Below are positions 57,923-64,000 of a stretch of 64,000 nucleotides of DNA, one piece after another (positions within the stretch are counted from its first letter, which is position 1; each line of letters opens with the position of its first letter). The stretch comes from Planctomycetota bacterium (GTDB lineage: Bacteria; Planctomycetota; Phycisphaerae; WQYP01). A program made the translations under genes and the position numbers. The notes beneath the pieces are model-generated. The model ran no database searches, had not been told where the DNA came from, and saw only the letters and a list, made by a program, of their open reading frames with translations. The stretch is from contig JAKBBN010000002.1 of NCBI GenBank assembly GCA_021808485.1, positions 1,369 to 65,368 on the forward strand, given 5' to 3'.

Positions 57923-59739
57923 GGTGCTTGCGTTTCCGATGACTCGCCGCCGAGGTCGGCAGACGCAACCGGCGGCGGCTCGCCGGCGCCCGCGGGTGCG
58001 GGAATGGCCGGCATCTTGCGCCCCAGGCCGGTATCGCCGACATCGGCCGATACTTCCGTCAGCGGCTGACCGTCCACATTCTGTCTTACCAACAGATACA
58101 TGATGGTGCTGCTGGTAAAGCCGAATGATATCACATACGCGCCCAGCAGGCTTACCAGTAAAAACAGCCAGAAGTAAAGCCCCATCGCCCCGATGTATTC
58201 ACTCCAGTTCATCGCCCACCAGTTGATCGGCGGAACAAGACGGCTGAATCGCGGCGCCGCCCACATGCTGTCCAGTTTGCCTCCGCCTGTGTACCATCCG
58301 TGCGTCACACCGAAAAAGCTCATGCCCCATCCGGCAACGGCGTGGGTCGCAGACAGCAGCACAAACAGGGCGAAGGTAAGGAATAAATAGGTCAGCGCGC
58401 CGTAAATCAGCGAGCAGATGCTGTAAAACAGCAGTCGCCACGGCCGGGAGTACACATAGCTGAAACTGCGGCTGATGGCGTCAAACGAATCCGAACCTTC
58501 CACCGCCAGCGTGGGATAAATAAGCGTCGCCCCGCCCAGCAGCCCCAGCACCATCAGCATGATAATCAGGCCGCCCAGCAGAAATACAACAAATCCGAAC
58601 CCGATCAAAATTTCACCCAGAATCGGAATCGCGCCGGCCATCGCGATAACACCGAATGCCAGTGACGTGCCGGCAATCGTGGCCAACGGCAGCAACGGTG
58701 CTTTGATAAACGACCCAATATGCGCCCGCACAAACCGAATGACCGGCCGGATCTCCGGATCCTGACCGGCCAGCTTCAACGCCGAATAGCGGCAAATGAA
58801 GGCCCCGGCAAATGCAATCGCCGCAAGGCTTATCCCCAGAAACACCAGCAAACTCACGATATATCCGGTGCGGCGGAACAACAACACCACCGCACTTTCA
58901 TGGGCGCCCCGCTGCATGGGAGCGGTGCCCAGAATAAGCCACTCCGGCACCGTGACAACCATATTAATCAGGCAACCCGCCACCGTATCGGACTTCCATA
59001 CGCGATGCACGGAACCCGGCGCCACGGCCAGTTGCAGCCGCCACACCGGCGCCCTGCCGGAACCGTCGCCCTGTGCGGCCGTTGAATTCCCCTCCGGCGC
59101 CACGCGAATGATGCCCAGTGCCGCATCCAAAAGCCGCGAAAACTTCAGACATTCAAAGCGCATCGCCGCGTCAAAAATCCCCCGTCCGACGGTATGCCGC
59201 AGCGCGTTCATTTGTGCCAACAGCATTTTGGCTGCGCGTTGCCGCAGCTTTGAGGGCCTCACGGTGCTGCCGTCGGCCGCGGTGGGGGTAATCTGATAAC
59301 TGTCCGCGACGCTGCGCTGAAACTGTTTTTCAAACGCCGCCCGGAGTGAGGCATAGGCCGCCCGCGGATTGCGGCTTTCAGCGGCGATCTGCGCCGAGGA
59401 CAAATTACCGGCATAGGTATCCAGCACCTGCGTTAACAACTGCCCGCGGTTATCCTGAGCCTGCAGCACGTAGTGCCGATAGTCGGCAGCTTTCATGGAT
59501 TGAAATGTACTGATTTCCCCGGAAATAACCTGCGGACCCCATATGCCGTCAAAAACCCGCCCCGCCGTGTAAATGCAGACAACCGCCAAAAGCGCCGCCA
59601 GCCAGTTCGCCGGTTCTATCGCCAGACGAAACGCACGAAACAGGCGGCAAAAACCGAATCGCGCCGGCCAGTCCGCCTGCCCGCAGGTCACGAGCTCCGC
59701 GGACGGCGTTGGGGATGAAACTGATGATTTCTGCGTCAT
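57919..59739 (-). CDS. multi-pass membrane protein
   Basis: Many TM segments; DSFDAISRSFSYV..RPW, YLLVR..VDG; stop overlaps the peptidase start (ATGA). Confidence 0.85.
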   Translation of the reverse strand: MTQKSSVSSPTPSAELVTCGQADWPARFGFCRLFRAFRLAIEPANWLAALLAVVCIYTAGRVFDGIWGPQVISGEISTFQSMKAADYRHYVLQAQDNRGQLLTQVLDTYAGNLSSAQIAAESRNPRAAYASLRAAFEKQFQRSVADSYQITPTAADGSTVRPSKLRQRAAKMLLAQMNALRHTVGRGIFDAAMRFECLKFSRLLDAALGIIRVAPEGNSTAAQGDGSGRAPVWRLQLAVAPGSVHRVWKSDTVAGCLINMVVTVPEWLILGTAPMQRGAHESAVVLLFRRTGYIVSLLVFLGISLAAIAFAGAFICRYSALKLAGQDPEIRPVIRFVRAHIGSFIKAPLLPLATIAGTSLAFGVIAMAGAIPILGEILIGFGFVVFLLGGLIIMLMVLGLLGGATLIYPTLAVEGSDSFDAISRSFSYVYSRPWRLLFYSICSLIYGALTYLFLTFALFVLLSATHAVAGWGMSFFGVTHGWYTGGGKLDSMWAAPRFSRLVPPINWWAMNWSEYIGAMGLYFWLFLLVSLLGAYVISFGFTSSTIMYLLVRQNVDGQPLTEVSADVGDTGLGRKMPAIPAPAGAGEPPPVASADLGGESSETQAP

Positions 59740-59856
59740 GGCCGCCTATGGTAACAGGCCCGCGGCGGCAGCAAAAGCCCTCCACCGGGCGGGGTTGCCC
59801 GGCCGCCGTACAACCAGCCGCGTAAGGGCCGGCACGCGCGGCGGCGCATGATCTGC

Positions 59857-60717
59857 TTACGCCATTGGATTCTGCGCCCAGCCCAATTTGCGCGCCAGCA
59901 TATTCCAGTGAGACAATGCCGGATTCTCCACCAGCCGCAGGGCATGCGCCGAACGCCGGACAATGATGTGCTGCCCGGCGGCCAACGGCCGATTCACCTG
60001 CCCGTCAAAACTGACCATCGTCCCCGGATTTACCCGCGTGGCGTCAATTCGCACCACCCCGTCGGCGGACAGCACCACCGGACGAAAGGACAGCGAGTGG
60101 GCGCAAATCGGCGTGACCACCAGCGCCGCCAATTCCGGTGAAATCAACGGCCCGCCCGCGGAAAGGTTATATCCTGTTGATCCGGAAGCGGTGGACACGA
60201 TCAGTCCGTCCCCGCGAAAACTTACGGTCGGTTGGCTGTTGAATGAAACCCGCATGTCCAGCATACGAAACGGCAGACCGGCGTTAAGCGCCACATCATT
60301 CAATGCCGGACAGGAAAAAACGCTGCGGTCCGGCTCGCCGGGTGACGTTCCGGCTTCCCATATCACGCCTTCCAGCATCATGCGCTGCGTTTCCGGTGCG
60401 TTGCCGGATAAAATTAAATCCACATTCCGCCCGAATTCCTCCATGGAAAATGCGGCCAGATAGCCGAGTTTTCCGAAGTTGATTCCCACAATACGGGCAT
60501 GAATGCCGGCGATAAACCGCGCCGCCTGCAGAATGGTGCCGTCCCCGCCGAAAATTACCAGAATATCCGGCTTAAACGCCTCCAGTTGTGCCGGCGCGGC
60601 CGGTTCCATGACCTCCAACGCCCCGCAGTTCCGATGACTTTTCAGCAATTCCAATACATGGCCCGCGGCGCTCACGGCGTCCGGCTTGGTGGAATTGGCT
60701 ATTAATCCGACTCTCAT
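59857..60717 (-). CDS. nadK: NAD kinase
   Basis: GGDGTIL, GINFGKLGYL, LND, DGLIVST.SGSTGYNLSAGGP, TPICAHSL. Confidence 0.95.
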   Translation of the reverse strand: MRVGLIANSTKPDAVSAAGHVLELLKSHRNCGALEVMEPAAPAQLEAFKPDILVIFGGDGTILQAARFIAGIHARIVGINFGKLGYLAAFSMEEFGRNVDLILSGNAPETQRMMLEGVIWEAGTSPGEPDRSVFSCPALNDVALNAGLPFRMLDMRVSFNSQPTVSFRGDGLIVSTASGSTGYNLSAGGPLISPELAALVVTPICAHSLSFRPVVLSADGVVRIDATRVNPGTMVSFDGQVNRPLAAGQHIIVRRSAHALRLVENPALSHWNMLARKLGWAQNPMA

Positions 60718-60896
60718 GCAGCGTAAAATACCCGCACCGGCTTTCCACGGCCAGCCCTGCCGTCGGGCCGCCGGGCCGATATAATATCGGGAACCGAGCC
60801 GGCGGGCTGCCGGGCGCGGCTGAAGACCGTCCGGCGGCACGGTCCGCTGTGGACGGCCGCCGTGCAATTTGAACTTGATAGATGAGGTTGTTCGCC

Positions 60897-61880
60897 ATGG
60901 CTGGAACACCGCGGGATTATTATGACATTTTGGGTATCGGCCGAACCGCAAAGCCGGAAGACATCAAGTCCGCCTATCGTAAGCTCGCACGCAAATTCCA
61001 TCCGGATGTCAACCGGAATGACAAAGCCGCCGAATCCCGCTTCAAGGAAGTTCAGGAAGCTTATGACATCCTGAGCGATACAAAAAAACGACAGGCCTAT
61101 GACCAGTTCGGCCATGCTGGCGTCAGCAGCGCCGCCGCGAGTGAAGCCGCAGCCGCGGCTGCGGGTGGCGGCGGCGGGTTTCGCTATCAACGACCCACCG
61201 GCGGCGGCGGCGCCACCATGGACTTCGGTGAAATCGACCTTGATGATATCTTCGCCTCATTCGCCCGTGGCGCCGGCCGGGGCCGCGGGCGCGGCCGCAC
61301 CCAAACCTCGACCGTACCCGATCAGCCGCCCGCTGCGGATATCATTCATCACGTCACACTGACCTTTGAACAGGCCGCACACGGAACCAGGCTGGACCTG
61401 CGGCTGGATACCATGGGGCGGGCTGGTTCCGAGACCCTGAGCATAAAAATCCCGCCCGGTGTGGAGGAGAATTCCAAAATCCGCGTGCGCGGCAAGGGGC
61501 AGCCTGCAGCCGCCGGAACCCGCGGCGACCTGATCATTATCACGCACATTACCCCGCACGATTATTTTACACGACAGGGCAAAGATATTATTCTCGACCT
61601 GCCCGTATCCCTCACCGAGGCCGCCTCCGGCGGCACCGTGCGGGTGCCCACGCTTGGAGACCCGCTGGATGTGCGCATCCCACCCGGTATCTCCAGCGGG
61701 AAAAAACTGCGCATCAAGGGCCGCGGAATAGCTTTACCGGATGGCGCCAAGGGGGATCAACTCTGCCGGGTATTGATCCAGCTTCCGCCCGACCTTACCG
61801 AAGCCCAACGCCAATCTCTGGCCGCCGTCGATGCGGCGCACCCGCACAATCCCCGGGAAAATACGGGATGGCGGATATGA
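60897..61880 (+). CDS. class B J-domain protein (DnaJ/CbpA type, no Zn finger)
   Basis: DYYDILG...YRKLARKFHPD, G/F linker, two C-terminal IPPG..RGKG domains; no CxxCxGxG. Confidence 0.93.
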   Translation: MAGTPRDYYDILGIGRTAKPEDIKSAYRKLARKFHPDVNRNDKAAESRFKEVQEAYDILSDTKKRQAYDQFGHAGVSSAAASEAAAAAAGGGGGFRYQRPTGGGGATMDFGEIDLDDIFASFARGAGRGRGRGRTQTSTVPDQPPAADIIHHVTLTFEQAAHGTRLDLRLDTMGRAGSETLSIKIPPGVEENSKIRVRGKGQPAAAGTRGDLIIITHITPHDYFTRQGKDIILDLPVSLTEAASGGTVRVPTLGDPLDVRIPPGISSGKKLRIKGRGIALPDGAKGDQLCRVLIQLPPDLTEAQRQSLAAVDAAHPHNPRENTGWRI

Positions 61881-61917
61881 TCCGGCGGACGAATTTATAA
61901 TCCCGCGGGAGTATGCA

Positions 61918-62280
61918 ATGGGATTTTTCTTGCGAGTTGCCGCATTGGCTGTCCTGATTTCCACGGTTGTCGCCGGGGCGCCCGCCTCCGGCGCCGTCCC
62001 GACCCAACGCGCCGCAACGACAACTGCCGCCGGTGTTGCAAAGCACCACCCCCAACGGATGGTGACCCTTCTGGGACTGACAATAGGCGCGGCCCTGACG
62101 TTGATTGTAGCGGCGGCAATTCTCAGCCTTTTACGCGCCGCACGCCGATTGATCATCGGAAAAGAACTGAAGCATGAAAAAACGCCCTACGTGGACGCAT
62201 GGAAACTTGCCGGCAAAAGGCTCCGACCGCCCACGGAAAAGCGCAACAACGATGAACTTTCGGATTCGCCTGACCCGTAG
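61918..62280 (+). CDS. small membrane protein
   Basis: TATAAT and GGAG upstream; signal/TM segments; TPYVDAWKLAG.RL motif. Confidence 0.7.
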   Translation: MGFFLRVAALAVLISTVVAGAPASGAVPTQRAATTTAAGVAKHHPQRMVTLLGLTIGAALTLIVAAAILSLLRAARRLIIGKELKHEKTPYVDAWKLAGKRLRPPTEKRNNDELSDSPDP

Positions 62281-62318
62281 ACACAGACTGATTAATCGCC
62301 CCGCCGCGAACGCAAAAG

Positions 62319-63029
62319 TCACACCACGGCTTCTTCATCCGCCATGCGCACCGCTTGGATAAAGCGCTCCATCAGCAAGGCGTCTTTTATTCCCGGCTCA
62401 CCGGCGGTCTCCACCCCGCTGGAGACATCCACTCCCCACGGCTGCACGCGGAGAACCGCATCACCGACATTTTCCGCGTTTAGTCCTCCCGCCAGAATCA
62501 TCGGCGGCAGGCTGTCCATCCGTCCTTCGGCTGCCGCTTCCGCCAGCCAGGTCCAGTCAAATATCTGTCCAGTTCCGCCAATTTTGTCCGCGGCGAACGT
62601 ATCAAGCACAATACCGTCCGGATGATAACCCAGTGCCTCCACATGATCGGCAATTCGCAGAATGTCCGCCAATGAACCGATGCGCAACACCGGCCACAAT
62701 TTGCAGGGCACCCGCCGGGAAATGGCGGCGACGGCGGGGCCGAACCCGCGCACCGCGGCCGCATCACCATATAACTGCAGATGTGTGATCTGCGGTGAGG
62801 CCAGCACCGTCTGCAAGCCCGTGACACCGCCGGAGTCCGGAATATGGATCAGCGCCGCCACACCCGCGGTCTGCGGAAGCGCCGCCAGAATTTCCGCCGC
62901 AGCGGCAGCCGTCAATTTTCGGGGGCCGCCGACAAAATTCAGGCCCACGGCACCCGCCCCGAAATTCATGGCCTGCTGCGCGTCGACAGATCTGGTGATA
63001 CCGCAAATTTTAACAAATGTGGATCGCAT
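62319..63029 (-). CDS. trpF: phosphoribosylanthranilate isomerase
   Basis: VKICGIT, GGTG..FDW, LAGGL..ENV, GVDVSSGVE, KD. Confidence 0.95.
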   Translation of the reverse strand: MRSTFVKICGITRSVDAQQAMNFGAGAVGLNFVGGPRKLTAAAAAEILAALPQTAGVAALIHIPDSGGVTGLQTVLASPQITHLQLYGDAAAVRGFGPAVAAISRRVPCKLWPVLRIGSLADILRIADHVEALGYHPDGIVLDTFAADKIGGTGQIFDWTWLAEAAAEGRMDSLPPMILAGGLNAENVGDAVLRVQPWGVDVSSGVETAGEPGIKDALLMERFIQAVRMADEEAVV

Positions 63030-63458
63030 GACCGCAGTGTAGCATATTTGGACCGGATGGGTAACAAGCTCGCGGCGGAAGTGCGATTCTACCCAACGCG
63101 CCGCGAATTATTCCAGTTTTAGAATAATCTGTTGCCCGTCATACACAATCGCGGCATCCTGTTTTTCCAACTCCGCCCCGATTCCGCGCCCGGCCGCGCC
63201 ATCATAATTTTTCGGTTGTGACGGAGAATCATGCCGGGAAATTCGCCGTTCCGGCGCCCCGGCGGAAAAAATTCCTTTTCCCGCGGATACGGAGAGCCCG
63301 CCAGGGTAAAAGGTGTTTGATCCCCATGCTGCCGGCACGCAATACCTCCAGTCCTGAACAACTCCGTCAATAGTGCCGCGCCCATTTTTTTATTGGATAT
63401 TTCCGGCAAAAGCCGCGACAATGCCGGTATGAGAATTTTGTCCGCGATCGTATATCGC

Positions 63459-63965
63459 ATGACGCCGATAATCGCCCGCTTCCACCGGCCCCGCCCCGGC
63501 CGTGCTGCCGCGTACGGACTGCCCGCCGCGATCAGCGCCCTTTTGCTTTTGGCCGGATGCTCTTCGGCGCCAACCGCGGCGCGGAGCAGCGTCCGGACAT
63601 GCAAAGGTTCGGCAACCATTGTCACCGTTGACCCATACATGCGCGACGCCCGCGCCCGCTGGAGCGGCCGCACCATCACCCTGTGGTGGGACCGGACAAC
63701 GGTATTTTACCGGCAGGGCAAACGCATTGCCGCCATCCCGGCAAAACCCGGCCAAAAAATGAATTTCGACGGCCTTCTGGCGGATGGCGATATCTATCTG
63801 GGAAGGGCATGGGTCGGCCCGCCTCCGCCGCCATTCGGCGGTCTGCAGCCGTTTATTCAGCAGGGCCGCTGGCCAAAGAGCGTGGTTAAACCCAAAAAGC
63901 TCCCGCCCGGAAAACTGGTTTCACCCGGATCATCCGCCGGTGTTCCGCAATCGCTTCGACAATAA
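63459..63965 (+). CDS. lipoprotein of unknown function (possible OB-like domain, Pro-rich tail)
   Basis: Lipobox LLLLAG-C; start uncertain (63393-63459). Confidence 0.65.
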   Translation: MTPIIARFHRPRPGRAAAYGLPAAISALLLLAGCSSAPTAARSSVRTCKGSATIVTVDPYMRDARARWSGRTITLWWDRTTVFYRQGKRIAAIPAKPGQKMNFDGLLADGDIYLGRAWVGPPPPPFGGLQPFIQQGRWPKSVVKPKKLPPGKLVSPGSSAGVPQSLRQ

Positions 63966-64000
63966 CACCGCGGCAATAGCCGCTTAATCGGTTTCCCGCA

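Noticed and set aside
63108-63460. Small minus-strand ORFs or a frameshifted gene between trpF and the lipoprotein
   Set aside because: No recognisable motifs or RBS; more simply a divergent promoter region

Overview
Chromosomal window, most likely from a Planctomycetota bacterium of the Phycisphaerae type (inferred from PEP-CTERM proteins, a DUF1559/H-X9-DG prepilin-like protein, a tandem DUF4159 protein, a GloVer-repeat protein and a PurSL-type PurL). Most of it is housekeeping or envelope genes: pckG, tyrA, purL, fmt, lnt, ogt, glmS, an EF-G paralogue, tadA, nrnA, ribF, pdhC, nadK, a DnaJ protein and trpF. I saw no rRNA, tRNA, CRISPR array, transposase or integrase. Points of interest: (i) 1-4760, a lower-GC array of RHS/YD fragments alternating with orphan secreted, lipoprotein and membrane genes, including a multi-pass membrane gene missing from the ORF track; (ii) 13.8-17.9 kb, a co-oriented non-catalytic amidase/PGRP-like protein, non-RD Ser/Thr kinase, metallophosphoesterase and LuxR regulator, the first three preceded by a CCGAT upstream motif; (iii) a PhoD homologue with substituted metal ligands; (iv) a XylR/PEP-CTERM/DUF1559 module with a readable operator and promoter; (v) a promoter-driven structured RNA of about 215 nt at 50.7-50.9 kb (6S-like candidate); (vi) repeated leaderless-type promoters; (vii) a duplicated unknown domain fused to a GloVer propeller. 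All calls come from reading motifs by eye; no database searches were run.
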